Below are positions 40,273 through 51,100 of a stretch of DNA of 64,000 bases, piece after piece. The notes beneath the pieces are model-generated. The model was given only the letters and a program-made list of their open reading frames with translations, was not told the DNA's origin and searched no databases. The translations under genes were made by a program, and so were the position numbers. The stretch lies in the NCBI GenBank assembly GCA_964457775.1, contig CAYWEW010000006.1:10805-74804 (forward strand), in the 5' to 3' direction. The stretch's first letter is position 1, and the number at the start of each line of letters is the position of its first letter. Source of the DNA: an uncultured Candidatus Saccharibacteria bacterium (GTDB lineage Bacteria > Patescibacteriota > Minisyncoccia > Phycocordibacterales > UBA5272).

Positions 40273-41286
40273 ATGGGATTTTTCTTCAAGAAGCTCGGTA
40301 TCGATTTAGGAACTGCCAACACTCTAGTATATGTACCAGGTAAAGGTGTTGTACTTGTTGAGCCATCTGTTGTTGCTGTTTCTCAATCAGATAATAAAAT
40401 TATGGCTGTTGGAGCTGAGGCAAAAGACATGATTGGAAAGACTCCTGATTCTATAATTGCTTATCGTCCTATGCGTGATGGAGTTATCGCTGATTATCGT
40501 GTTACAGAAGCGATGCTTAGATATTATATTAATAAGGCTCTCGGTGGATTTAATCTTTTTAAGCCTGATGTAATGATATCAGTTCCAGCAGGAGTAACAT
40601 CAACTGAACGTCGTGCTGTTATTGAAGCTGCACTCAAAGCTGGTGCAAGAAATGCATATATTGTTAAAGAGCCGATTCTCGCTGCTATTGGTGCCGGCAT
40701 TCCTATTCATGAGGCACAAGGTAGAATGATTGTAGATATTGGTGGTGGAACAACAGATGTTGCTGTTATTTCTCTTGGAGGAATTGTTTGTAGTACTTCT
40801 GTTAAGTGCGCGGGTAATAAAATTGACCAGGCTATTATTGATTACATTAAGAAGACGTATAATCTTGCAATCGGTGACCAAACTGCTGAAGAAATAAAAA
40901 TAAAAATTGGCTCAGCGTTACCAGTTGAAGATGAACTGTCTATTAAGGTTAAAGGTAGAGATTTTATTGCTGGACTTCCTCGTACTGTTGAAATTAGAAC
41001 AAATGAAATAGTGAAAGCAATTGATAAGGAATTACGTATGATGATAAAAGCAATTAAGGATGTATTACAAGAGACACCTCCGGAACTTGCTTCTGATATT
41101 ATTGATAACGGAATTATTATGAGTGGAGGGTCATCAATATTGCGTCATTTCCCTGATCTTGTTGAACGTAGAACAGGGGTTAAGGCAGTGCTAGCAGAAG
41201 ATGCTTTTTATTGTGTGGTTAAAGGGACAGGTATTGCTCTTGAACATTTAGACACATACAAGAGAAGTATATTTACAAAACGGTAA
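40273..41286 (+). CDS. mreB: Rod shape-determining protein MreB
   Basis: GIDLGTANT, EPSVVA, VDIGGGTTD, TPPELASDI. Confidence 0.97.
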   Translation: MGFFFKKLGIDLGTANTLVYVPGKGVVLVEPSVVAVSQSDNKIMAVGAEAKDMIGKTPDSIIAYRPMRDGVIADYRVTEAMLRYYINKALGGFNLFKPDVMISVPAGVTSTERRAVIEAALKAGARNAYIVKEPILAAIGAGIPIHEAQGRMIVDIGGGTTDVAVISLGGIVCSTSVKCAGNKIDQAIIDYIKKTYNLAIGDQTAEEIKIKIGSALPVEDELSIKVKGRDFIAGLPRTVEIRTNEIVKAIDKELRMMIKAIKDVLQETPPELASDIIDNGIIMSGGSSILRHFPDLVERRTGVKAVLAEDAFYCVVKGTGIALEHLDTYKRSIFTKR

Positions 41287-41327
41287 AATAAAAAACCGCA
41301 TGCGACTGCATACGGTTTGGGGGTTTT

Positions 41328-41444
41328 CTTTACCGCGATAAGGATCCTGCACGGGATACTTCGAATATTATTTGTATTCGAACAGAAGGTTTTACCCTTG
41401 GCATAGACTACGCCTTTTGAGCGCTTGCACTCATCGCAGCAAAG
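41328..41444 (-). ncRNA. Candidate structured ncRNA of unknown family
   Basis: 15-bp closing helix with G-U pairs only on the minus strand, internal hairpins, downstream terminator at 41290-41318. Confidence 0.55.
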
Positions 41445-41502
41445 TTAGTTTAACATACTTTTAAATTAAATTTCTAGTCTCTGTTATACTTAAATTATAA
41501 AT

Positions 41503-42177
41503 ATGAATTTGAAATTAAAAGACTTACCAAATCATCACGCTGTCCTCTTAGTTGATAGTGATAGAGAAACTACCGGAATATCTTTGTTTGAGGAGCTTAA
41601 TAATATTTCTTTAGCTCACAAATTTTTTAATCATAAAGTACTTGATATTGAATCAGCAAGAAGTATTATTACTTGGGCACTTACTCCATATAATGATGAA
41701 AAAATTGCTTTAATTTCTTTTAACACAATAGGAGTAGAAGCTCAAAATGCGCTACTAAAAATTTTGGAGGAGCCGAAGTTTGGAGTGAAATTTATTTTAT
41801 TAACAAGTAATAAAGCAAATATTATAAATACTGTTTTATCGAGAGTTTTGATAATTGAGAACAAGGAAGATACTCAAAATAATAGGTTAATTAAAGAAGT
41901 TAGTAATTTTGTATCAACACAGTCTGAATTGAGAATGAAGCTTCCATTTGTTATTGATATTATTTCACGTGTTGAGAAAACTAATGGCAAAGAAAGAAAG
42001 GATAAAGAGGATTTACGTATTTTTATTCTTACTCTCGCATCAGAACTAGAAAATAAAAATATACCTCCAAAATACACAAATGAAACATTAGAAATCGCTT
42101 CATATGTGTCTGACCCCTCATCTAGCGGTAAAGCACTTTTGGAATACCTCTCATTATTACTTCCAGTTTCAAAATAG
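41503..42177 (+). CDS. holB: DNA polymerase III delta' subunit-like protein
   Basis: EAQNALLKILEEP...FIL...TVLSR. Confidence 0.75.
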   Translation: MNLKLKDLPNHHAVLLVDSDRETTGISLFEELNNISLAHKFFNHKVLDIESARSIITWALTPYNDEKIALISFNTIGVEAQNALLKILEEPKFGVKFILLTSNKANIINTVLSRVLIIENKEDTQNNRLIKEVSNFVSTQSELRMKLPFVIDIISRVEKTNGKERKDKEDLRIFILTLASELENKNIPPKYTNETLEIASYVSDPSSSGKALLEYLSLLLPVSK

Positions 42178-42211
42178 TGATATACTAGATGACATTAACT
42201 AATATAAAATT

Positions 42212-42769
42212 ATGCCTTACGATTTTTCACAGGTTCAGACACAAAAAGGAGCAATACTTGAATGGTTAAAAAGCGAGTACCGTTCAATTTCTACAGGTAG
42301 AGCAACCCCGCAAGTGCTCGATCTTGTTCATATTGATTTATATGGAGCCCGTACACAAATAGCGCATGCTGGAAGTGTAACTATTGAAGACCCTCGTACG
42401 CTCCGTGTTTCACCTTGGGACAAGACAATTGTTGGACAAATGGAGAAAGCCATAAATGATGCGGACTTAGGACTATCTGTTGCATCTGACGCAGAAGGGC
42501 TTCGTGTACATTTCCCAGCACTAACAACAGAAACTCGACAGAAATTAGTAAAGCTTTTAAAGGAGAGACTCGAAGAAGCAAGAGTTCGTGTACGTTCTAT
42601 GAGAGAAGACACAAATAAAGATATAGACAATCGCGCAAAAGACGGGGAGTATGGAGAAGATGAGCAACATAGATATAGAGAAGAAATGCAGAGAATTGTT
42701 GATGGAACAAATGCAGAACTTGAGGAGTTGTTCATGAAAAAAGAGAAAGAGGTGATGGGAGGGGAATAA
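42212..42769 (+). CDS. frr: Ribosome recycling factor
   Basis: ISTGRATP, YG, PWDK, FPALTTETR, KKEKEV. Confidence 0.96.
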   Translation: MPYDFSQVQTQKGAILEWLKSEYRSISTGRATPQVLDLVHIDLYGARTQIAHAGSVTIEDPRTLRVSPWDKTIVGQMEKAINDADLGLSVASDAEGLRVHFPALTTETRQKLVKLLKERLEEARVRVRSMREDTNKDIDNRAKDGEYGEDEQHRYREEMQRIVDGTNAELEELFMKKEKEVMGGE

Positions 42770-42786
42770 TTATTGTAGATAAAATA

Positions 42787-42820
42787 AAAAATCTAGCAAC
42801 CGATTCCGGTGCTAGATTTT
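42787..42820. terminator. Bidirectional terminator
   Basis: aaaatctagca...tgctagatttt between convergent genes. Confidence 0.7.
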
Positions 42821-42840
42821 GATAAGAAACAACTAAATTT

Positions 42841-44472
42841 TTATAGCCACTTGAGAATCATATCGAAAAGACTTTCAGTACGGAATGGCTTCATCATGTA
42901 GTCACTCATTCCAGAAGCCATACATTTTTCTCTATCTTCAGAAAAAACATTTGCTGTCACGGCAATAATGGGTGTGTCTTGATAATTGGGTAGTTTTCTT
43001 ATCTCTGATGTCGCATCTAACCCATCAAGTATTGGCATCTGCATATCCATGAGAATTAAATGATACTTTGACATCTTGCACATTTGTACTGCCTCCTTTC
43101 CATTCTGTGCAGTATCAACCCTAAGACCAATCAAGTTAAGCGCTTCAACTACTACGTATCGATTAATTGGTTCATCATCAACAATGAGAATTTTTTTATC
43201 TTTGTGATATTTTTGCAATATTTCTTCAGTGGGGGTGCCTTCATCCTGTCTTAATATGTTTGGCCTGATTTCTACTTTTTTAAGACAAGCAGTAAACCAA
43301 AAAGTGCTACCTACGCCAAGAACACTCTTTACACCAGCATGACCACCCATTAGATTCGAAATTCTCTTTACAATTGACAACCCGAGTCCAGTTCCTCCAT
43401 ACTTGCGAGTGGTTGAACTGTCAGCTTGTTCAAAAATGTTAAATACTCGAGTAGTATCTTCTGATGAAATTCCTATCCCGGTATCTTTAACTTCGAAATA
43501 CACCATTAAATTATCTCTTGTCTCAGACTCTATTCTAGCACTGACTGATATAGAGCCAGTTTCTGTGAACTTTACTGCGTTTCCAATTAAATTAATAAGT
43601 GCTTGTTGTAGATGAGATCTATCACCTGCTAAGTTACCTGGCCAGTTGATAGTCTCACTTATTACTAGTTCCAAACCTTTTGATTTAGCAGTTGTTGATT
43701 GAATAGACACAGCATTAGCTAATGAGACATTTATATCAACTGGTTTTTCTTCTAATAGAATCATTCCGGCTTCAATTTTTGATATGTCGAGAATATTATT
43801 TATAACACCAAGCAGATGCACTCCAGAATCTTTAATTATGTTAACATAACGCATCTGCTCGGGAGTTAAGTTTTTTCTGAGCAGTATGTCCGCCATACCT
43901 AGAACTCCGTTCATTGGAGTACGAATTTCATGACTCATGTTAGCTAGAAAAGTACTTTTAGCTTTATTTGCTACCTCTGCTGCTTCTTTTGCTTCGAGTA
44001 GTTCATTAGTACGAACCTCAACTAGTGATTCAAGATGATTTTTATATTGATTAATTGCCTCGACATTCTTTTTGTTTTCAGTAATGTCAATTTTGACAGC
44101 AATAAAGTGAGTAATTTTGCCATTGCTATCAAATAAACCTGAAATTACACTGTACTCCCAGAAAAGCTCACCATTTTTCTTACGATTACATATCTCTCCT
44201 CGCCACTCTTTTCCTTGTAATATTAATCCCCACATTTCTCTGTATACTTCGTTTGGAGTTGTGTTTGACTTGAAGATTCTAGGGTTTTGACCTATCACTT
44301 CTTCACTGGTGTATCCAGTCAATTCTTCAAAACGAGGATTAACATATTCAATGTCACCATTTCTATCTGTTATAACAATAGAATTTGGGCTTTGTTCAAC
44401 AACACGAGAAAGAATTCGTAATTTTTCTTCGGCCAACTTGCGCCGGCCAGGTAAATGTCTATACTCAGTCAT
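42841..44472 (-). CDS. Cytoplasmic hybrid histidine kinase (PAS-HisKA-HATPase-REC)
   Basis: PAS (VEQSPNSIVITD...WRGE), FLANMSHEIRTPMNG, NAVKFT, GGTGLGL, ILMDMQMP; start set at ATG after AAGGAG. Confidence 0.95.
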   Translation of the reverse strand: MTEYRHLPGRRKLAEEKLRILSRVVEQSPNSIVITDRNGDIEYVNPRFEELTGYTSEEVIGQNPRIFKSNTTPNEVYREMWGLILQGKEWRGEICNRKKNGELFWEYSVISGLFDSNGKITHFIAVKIDITENKKNVEAINQYKNHLESLVEVRTNELLEAKEAAEVANKAKSTFLANMSHEIRTPMNGVLGMADILLRKNLTPEQMRYVNIIKDSGVHLLGVINNILDISKIEAGMILLEEKPVDINVSLANAVSIQSTTAKSKGLELVISETINWPGNLAGDRSHLQQALINLIGNAVKFTETGSISVSARIESETRDNLMVYFEVKDTGIGISSEDTTRVFNIFEQADSSTTRKYGGTGLGLSIVKRISNLMGGHAGVKSVLGVGSTFWFTACLKKVEIRPNILRQDEGTPTEEILQKYHKDKKILIVDDEPINRYVVVEALNLIGLRVDTAQNGKEAVQMCKMSKYHLILMDMQMPILDGLDATSEIRKLPNYQDTPIIAVTANVFSEDREKCMASGMSDYMMKPFRTESLFDMILKWL

Positions 44473-44595
44473 GCTATTTCTCCTTAGAGTTATCGAATAC
44501 ATCAAACAACTATTTCTATTTTTAACTCTAACTACTTCTTTGATTTATGTCAACCACAACACAGATTGAGAGTTGTTGTGGTAAACTAAATATCA

Positions 44596-45756
44596 ATGTC
44601 AATTTCAGCGATATTTTTATTCATACTTATACTTCTAGTTCTTGTTATTGTCCATGAGTTTGGACATTTTATTGTTGCAAAATTAACAAACATGAGAGTG
44701 GATGAATTTGCTTTCGGGTTTCCACCACGGATATTTTCAAAAAAAATAGGGGAGACTACCTATTCTATAAATTCACTACCACTAGGTGGTTATGTTTCAA
44801 TTTGGGGGGAAACTGGCGAATCGGCAGACGATTCAGCAGAGTCGCGTCTGGACGCGGGTCCTGGAACAAATAGCCATAGCAAATCTTACGACAGGGCAAA
44901 GAACAACCCACGAGCTTTTTCTAATCGTCCGTGGTGGGCACAGTTGCTGGTGCTTGTTGCTGGCGTAACCATGAACATGTTACTCGCGTGGATAATTTTT
45001 ATAGGTATATCTTACGGTGAAATACAAATGAGTACTGATGATGAAACCTATGGCAAATTAGTAAAAAATCCTTCCTTAATGGTCACTGATGCCGCACTTG
45101 AAAGTCCTGCTTATAAAGCTGGACTTGTCCCTGGATCAATATTGTTAAAAGTAAAAAGTTCAGGTAAAGATGCGAATTTAACAACAGCGTCATCATTGGT
45201 GGCATTTATTGGCTCACATCAAAATGATTCGATTGATATTTCATACAAGACTCCAGATAATATAACTAACGAGACAACTATCGCGGCCGTATATGGCATT
45301 GTTCCAGATAAGAAAGTAATTGGAATATCAGTTGAAAGCGTTGGGACACTTAACACTAACCCAATTCAAGCATTAAAAATTGGAACAGAGAGAACTTATA
45401 ACATTACAGTGATGACACTGGATGGTTTGAAAACTTTAGTTACTTCTATCTTTAATGGAGAAAGTGTAATGAGTTCACTTTCCGGTCCAGTTGGTATTGC
45501 AAAAATTGTAGGTCAAACATCAACATATGGTTATGTTGCAGTATTAACTCTCACCGCAATATTGTCCATCAACTTAGCAATATTTAATATACTTCCATTA
45601 CCAGCTTTAGATGGTGGAAGAATTATTGTAGTTATTGTAGAAACAGTTACTAAAAGAAGGGTTCCTTTTAAATATTATTCTTGGGTGAATATGATAGGTT
45701 TCTCTTTGCTAATGTTGTTACTTATAATTGTTACGATACATGATGTTAGAGGGTAA
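44596..45756 (+). CDS. rseP: RIP/site-2 membrane metalloprotease RseP
   Basis: HEFGH, GFPP, PLGGYV, AGVTMN, NILPLPALDGG. Confidence 0.95.
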   Translation: MSISAIFLFILILLVLVIVHEFGHFIVAKLTNMRVDEFAFGFPPRIFSKKIGETTYSINSLPLGGYVSIWGETGESADDSAESRLDAGPGTNSHSKSYDRAKNNPRAFSNRPWWAQLLVLVAGVTMNMLLAWIIFIGISYGEIQMSTDDETYGKLVKNPSLMVTDAALESPAYKAGLVPGSILLKVKSSGKDANLTTASSLVAFIGSHQNDSIDISYKTPDNITNETTIAAVYGIVPDKKVIGISVESVGTLNTNPIQALKIGTERTYNITVMTLDGLKTLVTSIFNGESVMSSLSGPVGIAKIVGQTSTYGYVAVLTLTAILSINLAIFNILPLPALDGGRIIVVIVETVTKRRVPFKYYSWVNMIGFSLLMLLLIIVTIHDVRG

Positions 45757-45873
45757 ATAAGTCTTAAAGTTGAAAATCAAAAGTCTATAAAGTATAAATA
45801 CATTAATTTGTATTTACTTTTTACTTTATAGACTTTACAGACTTTTTACTAAAAATTATGCTATAATTTTTCT

Positions 45874-47154
45874 ATGAGACAATCAAAACTATACACAAAA
45901 ACAAGAAAAGATGCACCAAAAGATGAGGTTTCCACAAATGCAATCTTACTTACTCGTGCTGGGTACATACATAAAGAAATGGCCGGTGTATATACAATGT
46001 TACCACTTGGTCTTCGTGTGTTAACAAAAGTTGAAAGTATTATTCGTCGTCATATGGATGAGATTGGAAATGAGCTTTTGATGACAGCTTTATCACCTAA
46101 AGACACGTGGGAAAAGACCGGAAGATTAGAAAGTATTGATGTGTTAATGAAAACAGTTCCAGCTAACAAAATATCAGAAGAAAAATCTTCCTCTTCATAT
46201 ATTCTCGGTTCTACACATGAAGAAATGATTACACCTATAGCTCAAGAGTATTCTCGATCCTACAAAGATTTGCCTTCAGCTTTTTACCAAATACAAACAA
46301 AGTTTCGAAATGAGGCAAGGGCAAAATCAGGACTGCTTCGTGGTCGCGAATTTAGAATGAAGGATTTGTATAGTTTTCATAAAGATGCCGATGATCTTAA
46401 TCGTTATTATGATGAGGCAAAAAAGGTGTATATGAATATTTTTAATGAAATTGGAATAGGTGACGACACCTTCATAACACTTGCTGGGGGTGGTGATTTT
46501 ACAAAGGATTTTTCACATGAGTTCCAGACTCTATGTGATGCAGGAGAGGACACTATTTTTTTGGATAGAAAGAATAAGATTGCTTACAACAAGGAGGTTA
46601 CTGACGAAGCAACAGCAAAAAAACTCGGAGTCGATTTTTCTAAAATGGAACAGGTAAAGGCGTGTGAAATTGGAAACATTTTCCCACTAAATACAAAGTT
46701 TTCAAAAGCATTTGATTATACATACACTGATGACACAGGAACGAAGAGAGATGTATACATGGGATGCTACGGTATTGGACCAACACGACTTATGGGGGTT
46801 GTTGTAGAAAAGTTTGCAGATAGTAAGGGTCTTATTTGGCCAGAAAGTATTGCTCCATTTTCAGTACACTTAATTGTACTTGGTAGAGATAGAGATAGTG
46901 AGGCACATAAGACAGCAGAGAAAATTTATGAAGCATTAAATAAAAGTCATGTTGAGGTTCTGTTTGATGACAGGGAAGCATCAGCCGGGGAGAAGTTCGC
47001 AGACAGCGATTTGATCGGTATACCTATGCGAGTTGTTGTAAGTGACAAGTCTCTAGAAAAAGGAGGGGTTGAATTGAAAGAGAGAAAAGTGGAAGATTCT
47101 GAAATTATTACTGTGGACCAACTCATTAAAATGTATACAAGACCTTGTTGTTAA
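45874..47154 (+). CDS. proS: Proline--tRNA ligase (short form)
   Basis: MRQSKLY, THEE, QTKFRNEAR...LLRGREFRMKDLYSF, MGCYGIG, anticodon-binding domain. Confidence 0.96.
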   Translation: MRQSKLYTKTRKDAPKDEVSTNAILLTRAGYIHKEMAGVYTMLPLGLRVLTKVESIIRRHMDEIGNELLMTALSPKDTWEKTGRLESIDVLMKTVPANKISEEKSSSSYILGSTHEEMITPIAQEYSRSYKDLPSAFYQIQTKFRNEARAKSGLLRGREFRMKDLYSFHKDADDLNRYYDEAKKVYMNIFNEIGIGDDTFITLAGGGDFTKDFSHEFQTLCDAGEDTIFLDRKNKIAYNKEVTDEATAKKLGVDFSKMEQVKACEIGNIFPLNTKFSKAFDYTYTDDTGTKRDVYMGCYGIGPTRLMGVVVEKFADSKGLIWPESIAPFSVHLIVLGRDRDSEAHKTAEKIYEALNKSHVEVLFDDREASAGEKFADSDLIGIPMRVVVSDKSLEKGGVELKERKVEDSEIITVDQLIKMYTRPCC

Positions 47155-47821
47155 ATCTAGTATAAATTGTAGGCAATATAGACTTTCTGCTATTTCTAAT
47201 AGATTAATCTTTTTATTTTACAATGGTATAATTACTTATGTAATATTCAAGGTAAACTATATGTGCATTAATACTATTTATGGTTTTTGTAAATCTGTAA
47301 CAAATATTATTGCTCAATACTTAATCTTAGATCAAACTATTTCTTATTAATATTAAAGAGGTGCTGAGTTGTGCTTAACAAATGTAATTGTCATCCAAGA
47401 TGGAATACATTAAATGATGTTCTAAGTAGTATTGGCAAAGTACCGTAGCTAATTATTACTACTTAGAGACACTAGTAATAACTTGCTATATATAGGGCAT
47501 TTTGGATGACATCTACATCAACTCACTTGTGTACAACATGCTTAAAATCGATTTTTAAGGCACGTAATATATGGAAATGCCTAAAATATACTAGTCTGGA
47601 AAGTATTCAAGTAATAGACAGAAATTTTAGAAAATTTTATAGATGTGGATTGGTAATCAAACTAAGATGAAATAATTTAATGAATGGAAGGGAGTCATAA
47701 AAACTGTAATAGATTAAACATACTTGCTATATAGAGTAGGGAACAATAGCTCCGCATACTTCTATGTAAATCTTGTGTTGATGTATAGTTATATATTATA
47801 TGGTGTTTTATTATATGGCTA

Positions 47822-47849
47822 ATGTCGCACAATATATCTTTTACGACTA
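47822..47849. other. Possible dif-like (Xer) site
   Basis: atgtcgcacaa-tatatc-ttttacgacta: 11-6-11 imperfect palindrome inside a long ORF-free region. Confidence 0.3.
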
Positions 47850-48112
47850 TGTATTACAAATAACTACTGTATCGCTTGATATTCATACAATTATATAGAA
47901 TGACTAATGAGTCAAACATTGAGCAGAAAACTTCTAAGTCCAAGTTAACTGTGTGTGACAAAATAGTACTAGTTACCGAGAAAATAATAGTAAGATTATT
48001 GGAACAAAATTATTTTACCTGATATTTAAGAAGTACATTCAAATTTAATATTACGAAAATTGCAAACATATTATTAATTGCACTTGTCCCCTATTATAAA
48101 AAATAAAATAAA

Positions 48113-51100
48113 TTATTCTTCGGCTTTAATACACCCTAAATCCTTAATTCTATCTCTTGTTAATTTGTCTGCTTCACCTGTAACTGTAAGACTGTTGTCC
48201 TCCTGGAACTTTTTAACTGCTTTTTTTGTTATATTTAAGAAGTTGCCAGTTACTTTAGTGTTGAAGTATCCTTGCTTTCGGAGATAATACTGTAATTGTG
48301 ACACTTCACCGTTAGTATTATTATCTCTTTTACCATATAACATTTTACTTTTCATGTTAGTACACATTGATTCAGTAAAAGCGCCGAGTACCATGCCATG
48401 ATTTATGTTTCCAGAATTAACAAGCGCGAGAGTATTGTCATTGTAAAGTGTTCCGACATTACCACCTCCACCTCTTCTTCGTGTTGGAGTAGTTGTTGAT
48501 TGTTGTGTTGTGGTAGTAGCAGTAGATTCAGTTATAGTGCTTGTGGACGTAGGACTACCATCTGCTCCACCACCAGTCACTGTCGTAGTTGCTACAACAG
48601 AAGGAAGTTCAAAATTTAGAGTTCTTCCTCCTCCTCCTCCACCTGCATTATATCTAAATATTCTAGACATTGTAGTAATCTGAGGTGTTGCAGAATAAGT
48701 AAAATCAGAAGCGTCCCCATTATTTGACAACCTAAAACAGTAAACCGACCCTGGCAATATATCTCCAGTTGAGCGTATTAAGTACTCAATTTCAGTGTAT
48801 TCACCTTCGTAAAGAACCGTAGGACGAGAAAGACTGTTAAAGGTTTGCATTCTTCCTGTTCTAAACACTTTTCCATTTGGAACACTTATTCCACTTGAAT
48901 GTGTTGTTGACGCGCTATCACTTACATATGAAGATGTGTCTATTTTGAAATGTTCATTAGTATAATCACTTGGTCTTGGCACAGCAGTCCATGAAGTACA
49001 AGAACCATATGAGTACTCCAGCTGATAACGTTTATTAATTAATGATGTTGTGTGGTTGGTAACAACGAAACGCAATCTAATTTTGTCTCCAGTAATAAAA
49101 TCACTAGCCATTGGCGTGTTTTCTGCAATATTATAGGTAGCAGATGATTCATCTCCATTGTCTTGTCTTAGACGATAGGAAGTTACAGTTACATTTGATG
49201 CACCCACATTAGGAGTAGAAGGAGATCCTTCAATTGATGAGACTGCGGTATAGACAGTACCGCTCTTGGTAAATACTTTGAAGTAATATGCGGTACTATT
49301 AGATAATCCAGTAGCTATACATGAGTCATAAGTAGATGTAGCTATTGTAGAATCGACACAGGCAACAGTTGCAGATCCTATAATGTCATTTGTTGAGTAT
49401 GTTGCCCCATTAGATGGACTATCAGTAATTGTCTGGGTTGAACGTAGGACTATTACTTGATTAAATGACGGGTTAGATGGAATAGTATAATCAATAGTTG
49501 CTTGAGAGTTGTTTGGGGTAACAGTCAAGTCTTCGAGATTGGTAGATCCCGATTCCTGGGAGCTTGCTGTAGGAACTGTTGGAATCATGATGGATTCAGC
49601 GAATGCTGCGTAGATGTAAGTTGCTCCTGTTGAATTATACCCACTACCATTGTCTCGCGCTTTAAATCCATTAGCAAGAATATCTATTCGTCCGGTTGTC
49701 GTATCATCCGCATTTGATGAGTTAGCGTACAACAAATAGTTTGCCGAGTTGTAACCTGCACGAGTTGTGTCGAATATATTCCAATGCTCTGTTCCACCAT
49801 CAATACGCTTTGTTAAAATATATCTCGGCTTGAATCCTGTATAAACAAAAGCTCCGTCTGAATTTCCATTACCGGTGTAACTTCCGAATTTAGAGTACCC
49901 AGGCACTTCTGACCAAACATAAGCAACATAGGTGTACCCACTAGCGCTAACACCAGTATTACCTCCAAGGTTCAAAACTGAATCAGTTGATGTTGCGTAA
50001 AATCTTGTAGAATCGTTCGTTAGTGAAGCTGCCTGACTAAGAGCTAACCAATATGTTCCTCCTCCAAAATTACTATTCCATGTGTACCAATTCTCTGCGC
50101 CACCGGACCTCGCTTTTACAATAGCAAAATTTGGTGCAGTGCCCAACCCATGACCGACGGTCTTGTTGTCACCATTACCAGAACTTGACCCTGAATATGA
50201 AACAATAGAGAATCCCGCAGTAGGATTAGCTGATACTGTTGAAGTAATGGTTCCTGATGTGTCTGTGGTCGTAGCCCCACTCGCCTTCCAATTCCACGAG
50301 ACAAAGGTGTCTCCATTGAAATTCACACGACCTGACCCAGCGTTATCAGTACCAACAGTAAATCCGTCGGAATTAAACGATGTTAATCCATACCCTGAAG
50401 CTTCTGCTGTTTCAGTATTTGTTGTATCAGATTCAAGATGTTTTCGTGCTCCACGTACAGAATCAATAATATTACTACTTGCTGATGTGTTTCTATCTTT
50501 TATCCAGACTAAATCTGGTTGAAAATCAAGACCTGTTATTGATTGTGTACTTCCCGTCCCCGTATATGTCGCCACATCAAAATACAGGTTAGGTTTTAAA
50601 ATTACCGGGGTTGATAGATTTGCAGTAGAGAGAGATTTGAATCCTTCGGGTGGAGTATAGGTAAATGATTTTTGACCGAAGTTGGCAGTAAAATAATTTC
50701 CTCCACCATACGAAGCCATTGCTGGAACAAAAACACCAGATAAAGAACTAAAGGCAACCCCCTGTGACACTCCATTTTTATAGAAAGTTAGCGTTCCAGC
50801 ATCCATATCTAAAGCTGTTCCAATAACATCACCATTAGTATAGGTGGAGCCATAAGCAGTACCAGAATTACTGGTATACTTTTGCCCATTTTGATCGTAT
50901 GAATAACTTAACGAATCACTTCCAGGGAAATATCCATTGGCATAGGTACTAAGACTTGCAGGAGAGATGCCAACATCAGTTCCAACTGATACAGCTCCAA
51001 TATTAGTTTCCCAGTACCATTTCCCAGAAGAAACACCAATGGTTCCTAATTTTGTTTGACTATTTGCAGTAAGCGCACTAAAACGTAAATTACCAAGAGA

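Noticed and set aside
44820-44900. GC-rich in-frame stretch in rseP with a cgcgtc-tg-gacgcg palindrome as a coding palindromic insertion element
   Set aside because: Single copy in the window, in a loop that is naturally variable in RseP; not supportable without homologue alignment
45779-45836. aaaagtctataaagt...actttatagacttt inverted repeat between rseP and proS
   Set aside because: Adequately explained as a terminator-like or low-complexity intergenic hairpin
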